From: Enoplolaimus lenunculus
Taxonomy: Eukaryota
Direction of reading: 5' to 3'
Assembly (NCBI GenBank): GCA_030248215.1
Contig: JASANG010002537.1
Span: forward strand, 186,001 to 250,000
DNA length: 64,000 nt
Part shown: one piece after another, positions 13,881-27,400 of the stretch
Layout of the letters: each line of letters begins with the position of its first letter
How positions within the stretch are numbered: position 1 is the stretch's first letter
The notes under the pieces: generated by a model
Databases searched by the model: none
Seen by the model: only the letters and a program-made list of their open reading frames with translations
What the model was told of the DNA's origin: nothing
Program-made: the position numbers and the translations under genes

Positions 13881-14337
13881 AATGCTGTCGGCCGCAGTGT
13901 ATGAATGTCCCTTTCACACTCCTGTGCCTTTCTATCCCACGCGAAAATGGGACGCCCCTAAAAGTTACACTGGCCCCTAAGCGTAACGATGAGCTTACAC
14001 CTAAGCCTATCAAAAATTTGTTAAATTCATATTTAAATTTTAATCCTGTTTCCGCTGTCCAACTGTAGCAGTTGGCTAACTCTCACATTGTACGTTGTCC
14101 AAACAGTTGCGCTGTCCAACTCACAATTGTTCAGCAGTTTTACTGGATTTTGTCTTTTTCGATTACGTTTAAGTATTTATATTAGACACTTCAGAGAAAT
14201 CGTATACTCAAGCTCAAAAAACACAAACAGCACCATATTTACTTTCACATTTTACATCATAACAAGCGCTTTGATTTGAAAACGAAAAAATAACAGGCTA
14301 TAAACTTATAATTCAACACGAGTTTAATTAAGGAAAT

Positions 14338-14495
14338 AGAACATGTATATTCTTTGCCGATTTTGCATGTAAAGAAAGGATAGGTTCGATTTAGTCCAGC
14401 CAGCGTTCCAGGCCCAAGAACATGTATATTACTTGCAGATTTTGCATGTAAAGAAAGGATAGTTTCGATTCAGTCCAACCAGCGTTCCAGGCCCA
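14338..14495. repeat. 79-bp tandem duplication
   Basis: agaacatgtatatt..gtaaagaaaggatag..cagcgttccaggccca occurs at 14338 and 14417 with a few mismatches. Confidence 0.9.
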
Positions 14496-14890
14496 GCGTG
14501 AACTAAAGTTTGCTTGAATAGGAACTGAATTTTTTGCCGGGACAGGAAGCGGATATCAAAATGATTTTCAACGCCGAATTAGTTTTACTTCTTAGTAAAC
14601 TACTCAAAAACATGCGTTGCAAGTTTACGCGATTTTTTTCCACTTCATCAATCTTAAACTAAACGGAACAAGATTAAAGTCATTCATTTCGAGCTAATAC
14701 TTCAGCAACTCGAAGTACAAAATATTTTACTGTTCAAAACTGATTTGGCACAATACCGCATAAATACAGGCTCTTGCGTTCTGCAATGGTGGAACAGGAA
14801 TCGATTTCTCGCAGGAATTCCGGTGAAACCCTGACACAAACGCAACATTCGGCCTTATGTCCGCTATTTACGCGGTCGGCTTATACAATC

Positions 14891-16232
14891 TCACTGATTT
14901 TCGTTCATTTTGTGCCACTGTTCTGGAGTGTAAGTTTTCATCGTTAGCGCATGAATGGCTTCCATTTCAGCTTCAAGTGCCTTGTTAACAAGTCTACAAC
15001 GTAATTATATTGACGTGTCAATGTAAAAAGCTATTTCACAGCAAACCATAAAATACAGGACAACTCCGATTCGGAATTGCTTTTCGATGAACAAATTAAG
15101 TTTCTGACCAATTTAAAGGATATGCACGTATGTTACGTAGATATATCAATCAACTCTCACGGTTGTTAGCTGGCAAAAAATACCGGAAAAATTGATTTTT
15201 CCATGTTTTCCGAAGGGAGAAATGAAAAAATTTAAACGCTTTATAAAATGACCTGCAAAAGAATGTGATATAACATAACGTAATTTAGGTGAAATGCAAG
15301 TGTGTATAATTCGCCGCTTTGTGCACTGGGCAGCTGAACTCATTACCCGATGATAAGAATGACAATTGCCGCATTTGAGTATATGAATTTATGAATTCAA
15401 AGTTTGCCATGATGCCATGTGATTTAACGCTCGCTATGTTTCATCCACTGGTGAGGCCAAGGTTATGGCCCAAAAATTGAAAGTTTGGCTTTCTACGTGA
15501 TTGAATACAAAACTACAGTTGTCAAATACTGCTAGCGTTAGTCGTGACGAGTGAAAATTATATATAATTATCTTGAATTTTTCACTTTCACTTCAGCGTA
15601 TCATACATAACTCGAACTTCTTGACTTGCTCAAAAATGCAGTCACAGCAAGACGTTAAAGGTGAAAAAGCAGTTGTATGAAACTAAGAAGGAGCCGCTAC
15701 CGTAACTATTCTGCATCGGGTAGGTTTATCCCGGATAAGAAGAAATTATATACATTTTGCCGGAAAAAATGGAAGTACCTGTGACGCTGCAGTAAACTTT
15801 TGCCTTCGAATTGAGCAGAAACGACAACAACATCAAATTTAAAACCGCAACCATCGGATAAGTCTGATACAACCTGAAATAGATACGTACATAACTAACA
15901 AACAGTTAACAAAAATGTGACGAGAGGACTAAAATGCTCATGCAATATGTTGTTGCTAGAAACCAGCGTCTCTTCAGAGGACTCTTGAAAGTATTTTATT
16001 TTTCAAGAAACCAAGTTAACATGTGATAAATGTGGAATTCTGTATGAAGGAAAGAATCTAAGATGTAAATATAAACACATAAATCAAAGTTTATCTTTGA
16101 AGATATTTGACGGTTAGAATAAACACTAGTGGAAGGGGATGCTAATATCGACAAATAAAAACTGCTGTTGCTTACTAAATGAACTGGTGAAAGCGCTTCC
16201 TTAATTTTTCTTTCCACAATTTCGGTATGCAT
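14891..16232 (-). CDS. BOLA2: BolA-family protein (BOLA2-like), 3 exons, 84 aa
   Basis: Exons 16232-16176, 15873-15779 and 14993-14891 with GT-AG boundaries and matching phases: MHTEIVERKIKEALSPVHL|VVSDLSDGCGFKFDVVVVSAQFEGKSLLQRHR|LVNKALEAEMEAIHALTMKTYTPEQWHKMNENQ*. Carries the GCG, FEGKxLLQRHRLVN, IHAL and TPEQW motifs. Confidence 0.93.
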
Positions 16233-17379
16233 TATAACAATAATGTCAATCCGATGGATCTAATAGGCACTTTATAATAATTACAATTCAACAAAAAGTA
16301 CCATACCGGCGATTTGTAGCAGCGATGCAACTAGAAAAAACATAATGCGTATGTGATTTAATTTTGTTGATGAATTTTACGTGCATTCAAACTAGGATTA
16401 TAAATGAAAAATTAAACTCCGACCTATCAACACAGCAGTCAAGCGCAAAATTTTTGAATTTATGATGTAAAAAGGCACGTAATCGTAATTGGTCTTTTCA
16501 CGCTGTGGGTTAAAAATATCTCATCTCCTACTGACTTTTGTTTTTCATTCGATATACCGGCCTGATAAGCAAACGGTACCTAGTTCTTAAACGCTGGTAT
16601 AGCTAAGTAAAAATTTATTTATAATGCTGGCGTGTTAAACTAAGCTTTGAGAGTAAACTGTTTCGGCAAGACTATAATAGAGTAAATTTAAGCTGTAGAA
16701 TCGCCAGTAGCGTTTTCACACTATGCCTTAAAAATATGTTTTTTGGTGCAAGCTTTTCTATTTCATTTTTGCTGGGTCGGCCGACAAAACCAGTACAGAG
16801 TCAAGCCTCTGCGTTCTGTTGGTCCGTCGCAGGGTACAACCGGAGGTCTGCCTCCGGCTAGGTCGATTTCCAATCTTAAAATGGTCTCGTAAATAGAGTG
16901 CGTTAAATGATAATATCAGGTCACAATCAGACTCAGACATTTTTTGCTGTGGCGCGAGCAGTATAATGTGGATGGCCCATAAATTTTATTAATTTTGACG
17001 GAAATACAAATTTATCGGTATAAAATTTTCTCAGTTTGAATATTTACAACACACAGTTGAAAGAGCTGATTCATCGGTTTATGTGAACTTAAGATTTGAA
17101 AGAGGTGGTGACAAAGATGAGATGAATCTACGAGTCGCCCGTTAGCATGTTGACCGACGTACGACGTCTCCCGACCCCGACAACTTGTCGCCCGACAACT
17201 TGTAGACCCCGACTGACAACTCGTTGATCCCGACAACTTGTTGCCCAGGCGACTTGTAATCCGGCAACTTTTCGCCCTACAAGTTGATCCCAGTAACATA
17301 GCGCGCAGACTAATGGCATAATCGTGCCTTTCAAGACATGTATTGCATATAGTTTGCTGAATATGTTCGCTGGTAGCAC

Positions 17380-17700
17380 GAAAAATTGGGACAGGCTTGT
17401 TTCGGGCAAATGGAAAAACGAAACAGTTGCAAATTTTCGCTGGAAAAACTGGAAAATGGGACAGCTTTGTTTCGAACAAATAAGATAACAGGACAGTTCC
17501 AAATTTTCGCCGGGAAAATAACACATGCTTGTTTCGGATAAATGGGGAAACGAAACAGCTGCCAATTTTCGCTGGGAAAACGAAAAACTGGGAACGGCTT
17601 GTTTCGGACAAATAGGATAAAAAACGGGAAAATGGCACATGCTTGTTTCGGACAAATTAGAAAACAGGGCAGCTAAAAATTATCGCTGGGAAAACGGGAC
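17380..17700 (-). repeat. degenerate ~30/60-bp minisatellite, inverted partner of 13513-13880
   Basis: Repeated gggacag..ttgtttcggacaaat..aaattttcgctgggaaaa units; produces the spurious repetitive ORFs at 17012-17655. Confidence 0.7.
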
Positions 17701-18595
17701 AACGAAATAGCTCCATGTTGAACCGGCCTGGACGTAGCCCGGCGTGCCCCGACCGGGTCCGGGCCAACATTTTGGGCCCGCGGGCGTAAACGGGCCAGGG
17801 CCGGGCCGCCAGCCGAAATAAATCGCAACAGTTACCTTAGCCAGGGCCTAAGCCTAAAAATAGTGTTTAATATTTTTTTTGCAACCACAATACCGTTTGT
17901 TAGATGTTTTGTTTTGTGCTCCAAAAAATATGAACCGAGCAGGTTCTAACTTTGGAACAATCAAATTTTATATTTTGAAAGTCCGACACTTGATTTTGCC
18001 TTTTTTGGGTTGCCAAACTTCAATTTTCGTTTCTCAAGCACTTGTATATATTAAATTGTTGCTCTAAGGGAAGTACCCTGACTCACATGCTGATTGCCAT
18101 GAGCGCAAAACATACAATTCTATAAATGTTATTTATGCAACTGCTTCAATAGTGCAGGGTATTCGGTTTATAAAATTGCTGACTAATAAATACTTGCTTT
18201 GGCCTCCTGGGATTGAGTCGTGTAGGATTGTCTCCGTCTGATTTAAACCACTGCGACAGAGATTCTTTTGAATATCGTCCTTTACTTGAAGTGTATACAT
18301 GAGTTGTTTAACGTTCCAAGCAGAAGGAACCTCATTAAAATATTACGCTAAATCGCACAAACATCAGTCCATGTTTGTTGGGACGTTCCCATTTTATCAT
18401 AAAAAATGCCTGACGAAGGCGTACGCTAACCCTTTGCATCCTCTATTGCCGTCTTCTCACTAGACTGAAATAAGCTATAGGCTTGAATTTTCGACTATTT
18501 TTTGCTTGTGCTTAGGCTAAGCTTTGTTTTAGACTTGCGTTTATTACGCTGAGGAGGCTTAAACGTAGCAATAGTTTTGGTTGTTGGATTGTTAA

Positions 18596-20074
18596 CCCTT
18601 TCTCACATGAATATTTTCTATTTCCCCTGATACCTACTTTTGATGCTAGGATTCGACCTATAGTGACTGTAGTGGGAGGCGTATACCACCATCACTCAGC
18701 TATAGGAGCTTGACGCTCGATCCCGAGGGGGCTCTCACGTCTTGTGGTGATTCAGTACTATGTATACGTGTTGCAATTGTTAAACACGGTGCGATGTATA
18801 TTATTTATATTATTTAACGTATATGCACTGCGCCGAGTAGCCTATAAGCAACTCAATGTGAGTGTAGGTGGCTCTGCCACACTTAAACCGTTTTCAAATT
18901 AAAAACTAAAACACAAAATAAAACCTTAAATTAAAACCACACCTTAAGGGAGTCCCTGGCTCCACCTAGTCTCTCTTAGAACTTAAGTTAGGCTTAATCG
19001 TTGCTACAAGGCGCAGAAATTGATAAAATTATGCTATGGCGGCTGTGTCCGCAATGCAAACTTACCTGGGCCCTGCGTGGCCATGGAATACTCGTTGAAT
19101 AGCGTTGCATTTAGAGTTGGCTATATTTGCTAATAACGACATAGCTAGGTTATGTCAGCACCAATATGGTGCTTTAGTATTGTGAGTGTCCGGTACGTTG
19201 TTGTTGTTGTTGTTGTTGTTGTAAGGAGTGTACAGGGTGATTGGCTCTGGACCTCAACCGCATAGCGAACACCCAATTGTGGGTGTCGGCAATATGCAAA
19301 TGAGGTCGAGACGCACATGGGTAGCCGGGACCGGAATCATAATCATTCTAGAGCTAGTAGCGTTTGGTGTGTTCTCGGTTAGCAGTTAGTTTACCTTATA
19401 TTGTTTGCGGCGTATATTTACGGACATATCCGTGTGAAGGCGAATTTGGGTAAGTAAGTGGAACTAACTTAGATTAGGCATAGTCACGGTGGCGTAAGGA
19501 TGTGAAGGAAATCAGGCGTTACGGTTACAGTCGTGTTGCGCAAGGCACAGTATTTACCTAGTATTGGATACTGGTGTCATGTGCTAAAGGAGAACTTGGG
19601 ACTTGTACGGAGAACCTGGGGGAAAGTAGTTTAATGAATCTAACGGGGTTAGGTTTATTATTCTACCACGGATTGGGCCAAATCTAACGGGGTTAGATTG
19701 GTCGACAAAATTTGGTGTAACTCTAACGGGGTTAGAGTGCACGGTTTATATAATAGGGTGTAATTCTAACGGGGTTAGAATTGCACGGATTCTGGGAAAT
19801 AGCGAAAGTATTGGGAACTGTAAAGCCAGTGGCTGGATTAAACAGATTCAGACGTCGGCTTAAGGATTCCGGATCAGGCTGCAAGTTAAATTACATAACC
19901 TGTGATTTGCTTGTAATACTTGGTGTGATACAGGATTTGAGAGGGTTCCGTAAACATTTACCGGCCGCGTTTACTAAATCAGAACGATAAGCATACATCG
20001 AGAAAAAGAACTGCATAAAGGATACAGGATACAGGGCTTGACTAAAATCACGAACTTCTCACAGTGAGAAGGGG
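18596..20074. mobile_element. piggyBac-like non-autonomous element (~1.48 kb)
   Basis: TTAA|CCCTTTCTCAC at 18592-18606 and GTGAGAAGGGG|TTAA at 20064-20078, i.e. TTAA target duplication with CCC..GGG termini; no transposase ORF. Confidence 0.65.
18644..18710 (-). mobile_element. tRNA-derived SINE head or pseudo-tRNA inside the piggyBac-like element
   Basis: Minus strand reads agctcctaTAGCTGAGTGATGG..ataGGTCGAATCCtagc: A-box and B-box at tRNA spacing, with no complete cloverleaf. Confidence 0.45.
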
Positions 20075-20788
20075 TTAATTATATACCAAGGCTCTATAAA
20101 TTTAAAAATTAACTTGTCGCCAAGAGAACTCGTCACCCGACAACTTGTCGTCCACAATTAGGTTGAAATAACTTCCCATGTTCATTTGCAAATCCTCAGT
20201 TACATATGTAAATTAATAATTTACAATCGTTTCCGCGATCTTATCACCGGAAAAATCACAAACGGTTGAAAGCAATACTGTAGGTACCGGAATTTGAGGA
20301 AGGTGGGGTCCTGGAGTCATTTATGATCTGCAATAAAGAATAGTTGACATTTATGGACTCTGAGAAGGGTTTAGGGAGTCTCCGCTTACGGATTCTTATT
20401 AGGGATACCGAAACCTATTGATTGGGACTAAACATGGGGGCCCCTGTCTTTATCCCCCTTTCTTATTCGGGTCACTGCAGTAAGTAAGTAGTCTATGCTT
20501 AATTTGTGACTATAACTGTTGGTCACAATAAACTTGTAAATCCGCAGTTCCATCGGCTCGACAATTCGTCGCATATCATTTATGTTTGGGCTAACGCTTA
20601 GGATTACGGTATGGATTATGCTTAGATTTATTCATAAGCTTTAGGACACTAGGCGACATGCGACGAATTGCCGTAGGGTGTAGATTCGCTTTAAGTATAT
20701 ATCTATATATAAGCAAAATTAACAATCAGCGCTATGTTTATTTCTAAAGAATTAAAGTAGGCAGGCGTTAAATTATAAGTAGAGACAT

Positions 20789-21179
20789 CAGGGTGCAACC
20801 AGAATTATAAAATACCGGAAACGGAAAACTAAAAAATACTTTTAATACCGAAAAATTCATTTTAACGCTAGTTTATCGTTTTTAACGGGTAAACACACCA
20901 TTTCGAATGTTAAAATTCTGAAACAAATGCAGTAAATTGGAAACGTCTGATAAATTGTGGAGTATGGCACAAATTAAAAATTTTGGCAATACACGCTCAG
21001 ACAATTTTAGAAAAAAGTTTGAATAATATGCCAAATTTTCTTAAATTTTCGAATGAGGAAAATTTTCAATACCGAAAATAGCGGAAAATTCCGTTGAAGA
21101 AATACTGAATTTTTACCGAGAATGGATGATGAAAAATACCGAATTTTCATACCGGAACCGGAACTCTGGTTGCACCATG
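20789..21179. mobile_element. CAGGGTGCAACC-type MITE
   Basis: Termini cagggtgcaaccagaatt / aactctggttgcaccatg; internal ataccg(a/g)aa repeats. Confidence 0.6.
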
Positions 21180-21495
21180 ATAGAGATGCATTTTACAAAT
21201 CGAATACTCCAAATTATTTAAGTGCTAATTGAATTTACTGTTTTATAGAGAAGTGATTTATTTCGCGTCATTATATACTGCAAACTCGGAACACCTCAAA
21301 CGATTACTCGACCAAGTGTGCTACAGAAAGATATTTGCATTTATTAAAATAGAAAAACTATTATTTTGAAGTTGCGCAATTAACTGGCGATAGTCACTGA
21401 TTGCCATGCCAATACGCACTGATTGCCATGCCAATACGGCTAAATTACATATTGACCACTATAACAAGCACTCATCTCTGTGTATAATCTATCAA

Positions 21496-24400
21496 TTATT
21501 CAGATTCATCAAGCTCTTCATACGACACAGTACTTCTCCTATCACCGAAATCTTGAAATAACGCTACGGACATACTGCCAAGCGAACGCTGTTTAGTTTC
21601 TGGCAGGTTGAACGCAATCCAAACCGTAATTGGTACAACGATGCCGGCATACACAAGAAATACAAAACTACCAATCGATCTGTTAATTGGTGCGTATATT
21701 TGTACGCATACAACTGCAGCGATAAACATTAACAAATTGTTCGCTGCGTTCACTGTTGAACAAAGCGGATACGGAAAAATTTCAGCGGCAAGTAAAAATG
21801 ATATCGATTGCGGTCCAAACATAACGGCGTTAAGCAGTAGCATAATGTGAGCGATTTCTGCGTAATTTCTTTCCCATGAATCAGAAAGCTGAGGTAGAGT
21901 GCTGAGCACTGAAAACTTTTAAAAGAGTAGAATATGTGAACCTAAACGCGCTTGTAAAATATATGTTTCGATATAATTTCAATTAGATTTTGATTTCTCC
22001 ACGTTTGATCGAATTCAAAGACTACAATCAAATTCCATTAGCTTTCATTCAACTTCAAGTAAACTAACGTTTTGCGTTACAGAAACATATTCGCAACTTA
22101 TATTTTGCTTTTTTATTTCCCTGTTTTGTGGAAATGGGGGTTGACTTTTGTAAAGTAGATAGTACGGATTACGTGTAAATGCAGTATGGATGGAGTCATA
22201 GTGAACGAACAAACAAACCGTTCGTTAATAATGTTTTCGTTATTAATCCGATATCATACTTCAGGTTGCATACGAATCAGACCGAGAGGTACCGATTTTC
22301 CTGCAAGACAAGCTTCCTCTGGAGATAATCAAGTTACAGCCGTTATGTTCAAGACCAGTAGTCAAAGGCAATGAACGGGTACAGTCTCTCTACAAAACGT
22401 CCACTTGTGGTGTTCTGTGTGCAATACGGGCGCGTAGCCAAGAGGGGCAGAGTGGGCTCAGCCCCCCCCCCCCCCCGAAAACTTTTAGGCACCCCTTAGA
22501 AAGTTTTCAACTTTCCTTGTAACTCATTGAAAACCCTTGAACGCCCCTCCTGAAAATTTTTAGCCCCCCCTAGTAAGGCGAGCTGGCTACGGGCCTAGTG
22601 CGATAAACAAATAGTCTAAACAGAAATAAAATTGTTCAACTCACTAATTAAACTATACGCAGACACAACAAATCCTACGATAATCAATATACGACGACCA
22701 CAGCGTTCGATAGTAAATATTGAAAGAATACAACCAGGAACAACAATTACATTCGCGATCACAGATGCAAGATTAGCACTTTGTTCAGACAACGATAGCG
22801 TTTTCAACAGAAACAGCTTCGAGTATGACAAAACAACCAGTGTTCCAGCAAAATATGACCCAAAACCACTCAATAGACATACTGATAATAATACCAGACT
22901 CCGTCGTGTCTTAAACAACGGCCAAAGCGCACCCCAATCTTTAGTTTTATCATAATGTGAAGAAAAACTTTGTTCAGTGGTGAACTCGTCGAATATTGTA
23001 CGTGGATCTGTTCCTGAAACAACAGTAACACCCCGTGTAACCGAGTAAGACGTAAAAAACTACTGTTCACTAACAGTGCGCTGGTTACCTAACAGTGGCA
23101 CATTGCTCAAATGGCTGTTGAGTCGGTTAGAATGAAACGCCTTCAGTTAATTATTATAGAAATTTTTTAGTTGAACCAATAATCTCTGTACCCTCGCGAG
23201 CATAAAATATCGAAAATGCAAGTATATTTCTGAGTCGACAGTGGTATTCCGCTTTTATTAAAATGCCAGTTTTTATTTTTAATGCCATTTTAGCACTTTG
23301 GTTCACAAACTTCTTTTGTCCAGCTCAACAAACAAACTAAACGGGGTACGTTTTATAACGCAGAGTAATTTTCGACCATTTCGCGACACCATCAACCAAC
23401 ACTGCGCAAATGATGAGTCAAATTGACTCTCTCTCTCTGAAATTGGCTTTTCTGGACTACACAAACTCAGTCAAATTCAACTCCGCTAGGGCCAAACGTG
23501 CGACTCAGTAGTCGAATTTGACTCTGGTGGAGTCAAATTTGGCTCAGTTTGTAAAGTTCCGTAGAGCCTATTTCGGAAAGAGCCAATTTGACTCACCATT
23601 ATTTGCAGTGAGTGCAGCAAGAATTATCAATGAGTTTTCCAATCATTACATATTGTTTGTATTTCGTTTTAAAAAACTCCGAAATGAAAGAATCATCGAG
23701 ATTTTCCTAAATTGTTTTGAAATATACAACAAAAGACTCAGATTTCTAATTTCAACCAGAGAAACGCAATTTTTGCATCCAAACAGCATTAAATCAAAGC
23801 ATTTCACATTGAATTTTGCTTACGAACCGATTACAACAAAGAACAATAAAAACTTCTAAATTCGTTGACAAAAAATTTTAATACCTGGACCATGATAGAA
23901 CAAAATAGCGTTTTCGGCCTCGGCAACTCGTTTGTTCTTGACATACAGTATCTTTGGACTTTCGTGGATAAACGGCGTAGTCAAAATTAGCACTGCAGAG
24001 GGCAATGCGGTAAATCCCACTAAATACGGTAGTAAATCTAAGGTCCCGAAAATCTAAAACAAACAGCAGCCAAGACAGGAACCTAAATGAACAGGAATCA
24101 GTACACTAAAGGGTGACGCTATACTTGTCGTGTGGCGCTGTCCAGCGCGGACGGCACTATAAAAGTCAAAACGTTTTTATTTATAAATTGGTTTGTGCAG
24201 CCATTCGCTGCCTGATGGCGAATCTTATACGATACAGCAGTGTACCAGACGACACCTGAAAGCTTTAATTAAAATAATCAAGAATTGTAGTTTTAGCCAA
24301 AGCCAAATCCTTGACATAAGCTTATGACATATATCTCTCAACCGTAACTTTTTCACAAAATTGCTCAACCGCACACACAATTCTCGTCGCAAATCGATCT

Positions 24401-27400
24401 TATGTTTGTCCAAGAGCTTTAATTTTTTATAAATATCGCACGGTGCAGAAATTTATGTGCCGTTCGCAATATGAAATATTGCTTGGGCATAGAAAATGAC
24501 AAGTTAGTGTTAACGAGTGGCAAATTTGAAATTTGCCACTCATTAAACCTACCCTAACACTTCTTTCGTTAACGCTACCATAACGCGTGACACAGAGCAC
24601 TTAGTGACATGCGTTAGGGTTGCGTTGACGGAAAATTTACCCTTCATATATTTTATTTTATGACTGTAATTTTTTTAAAATAAATATCACATAACGCAGA
24701 AACATATTACTTTGACACGAATAAGTAAACGTAACCTTTGGGTACGGATGGCAACGTTTCTGTTCTTACTTGAGGCAAACTTAGAACAGAACCAAGCAGT
24801 TGAAACACAGTCAACGCAATTCCAATATTATTGACTACAAATCCGCGTACATCTGTAGGACTGCAATCGACCCCAAAAATTGGAACCAATACTGTGGATA
24901 TTCCGGACGCAAAGCCAACCAATAAACGACCAACAATTAGTAATTCGAAACAATTTGTGTATCTAAACCATTAAGTACGGCGTTTTTAAATGTAACATGT
25001 TACAAGTGTCTGTAACGTAAGCAAAACAGCACACAACATTGCATGTGTATGACTTAGGTTTAGGCTTTGTCTTAGGATATAGTTACGATTTTGCTTACAC
25101 ATAGAAGAGGTCCCAGAAACCAGAACACCCAATGATCTCACAAAGTTAAATTAAAAGTTTTACGATTGGCTGAACCTTAAGCAAACTTGTGAATTTTGTA
25201 CGGGTCCTATTCTATACATTGGTCCGGTTTCAAATTCAATTTATCAAAAGAATATTTACAAATATAATAAGTTCTAAACGAATCTATTTTTTATAGAATT
25301 GATACCCTGAAACAGTTCGTAACAGTGATTATGAGAGGGTAAAACGAAGTACCTTGAATAAGGTAACGGCTATAGGTACAGTTGTGATTCGGTTAATTAC
25401 TTGTTGGATCTCTATTTAGGTTACAGAATACTATTTTATTAAGCGAAAATTTCACTCAGCGATGGAGGCAATCTTGAATAGGAACTTATTCTTTTACCCC
25501 TACATCAAACCAGAGCCGTAATTGTTGTAACAAAATATTTTTGCTAATATATGCACCGTTGGAAATGTCTATAACGGTAAAACCAAATTGATCATATAGA
25601 GAAGATAATTTGAAAAAATTCTAAGGAACATAAGCATTCACGGCCCCGTAAAATTATGGTCCTATTACAGCAGTTTTTATGTTTTACCATAGCCAGCTTA
25701 TTGGATTTCACATATACACCTGAGCTACACGCGGTGGTAAAAGTTTGGCCCCCTAGAAAATTTTTAACCTTGCTTGTAAGTCGTTGAAAACCATTGTATT
25801 CTTTTCATACCAAATATTAGCCCCCTAGAAAAGTGAGCTGGCTACGGGCCTTATGGTTGAACGCCTTACATCATAGTACTCATTGCAAGACTTGCAACAA
25901 AACTAATACCACCAACTGCGAATCCAAGTGAATTTCGTAAGCCGAAAGCTCTTGTAAACCATGGCGCACAAATACAGCCCGGAATACCACCAAAATTCAA
26001 TGCATTGATACAAAATGCCCAAAGAGATTGCAAATTTGAGTCAGATATTGAACCATAGTGGGCTTTAAATGAAGAGTTGATGAAGAAAAGAAATTGGTTT
26101 TCTAAAATAACTGTTCACATCATTATAGCAACTCAGCCGCTGAAATCTTACTATATCTGTAGCGCCAAATATCTAGGCTCATCATACGGACACCGGGTGA
26201 CTAGGACATTGGGAGATTCGCAGGGTGCGACCGGAATATCCGGTTCCAGTTCAATATTCGGTAAAAACTGATATACGTATCCGGTTTCGGTATCCGGTAC
26301 AAACCTACCGGAAACAGGGTATTTACCGTTGTTGCGGAATATCACAAAACAGCTTTTTACAAGTGAGCTTCTTTTAACATCTTTTGCTGCAATTACATTT
26401 CTGGGCAAGTCAACAAGTTCTAGTTTTGATATTAACTTTCTACTTTTAATATATTTATGCAAGCGAGCGTTGAACGTATTTTTGCATTAAAAAAATTTCA
26501 GTTTATCAACAGCAATTATGAGCTTTATAAAGACGAAAACCTTGAGGACGCTAAAAATACAGCGAAAAACAAATTATTTTAACATATACAATATCAAGTA
26601 TCCGGTTCCTGGTCCGGTAAAAAATTGGTTAGCGGTTAAGCACGCGATAGCAGTTTAATAAAATTCAGATAGTAAGTCACTTTAAATGAGTGCATTCTAT
26701 TTTGCATATAGTTTGTGCTTTGACCTAGATATTCCTGGGCGCAATTATCGCATACCGTGATACAACTAATACCAAGAGTGTATGATATTTCATAGAGTGC
26801 GGCACTTGTTTATGTGTAATTGTTTCAAGTATCACGCGGTCCCAATATTGCAATACCGCTCCCTGATCATTCACGGGGTATTATTATGCTATGAACATTT
26901 AACTATTGCAATGCGTGCTTCTCATACACACGCCATGAGACTGCTAATTAGTTTAACACTAAAAATGCCTTTGAACCTCCCTCAATTGAAGTCGGGGCAC
27001 GAAAGAAAAAGGTCCATTAGATGCTACATAAGATTAACTGCTAAGAAATGCTGGTGTTGCACTTTTAATAAACTCTTGGTATTATTAATAGTTTACTTGG
27101 GAAGAGTGTGACGATTGCATTTTTTAACAGTTAATTCGTCGTAGTATCACGCGTACCTTTTTCCGTTATATGCACCCACGTGTGTGGGGTCAAAGGTGCA
27201 TTTTAGTTTTAAATCAACTAACAATTTCAATGCGTGAGACGGAATACACGCATTTCAACGGTTGTGTCGCACTGTATAAAAAATCATACACGCTTAGTGT
27301 TACTTGTAACTTTAAATTAGTGATGCCTGATTTTTTGAGTTCATGAATTACTATGATCTACACCAACCTCAATCAACAACTCTACAACTCGCTTAATCCA

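Larger units (their letters stand above)
12712..13975. mobile_element. composite TIR element carrying nested repeats
   Basis: Left ggcccatgttcctttcaggggcgt and right acgcccctaaaagttacactggcc are inverted and match the perfect TIR of the 63181-63383 element. Confidence 0.55.

Noticed and set aside
13378..13980. Overlapping 60-140 aa ORFs (also 17012-17655)
   Set aside because: They are translations of minisatellite arrays with repetitive peptides and no protein family signature.
18950..19600. LINE coding remnant inside the piggyBac-like element
   Set aside because: Only a vague peptide resemblance, interrupted by stops; not supportable without a search.
19639..19778. CRISPR-like array of four palindromic repeats with variable spacers
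   Set aside because: Repeats are only 14 bp, the spacers resemble each other (cacgg, ggtgtaa), the context is eukaryotic with no cas genes, and it sits inside a TE-like shell.
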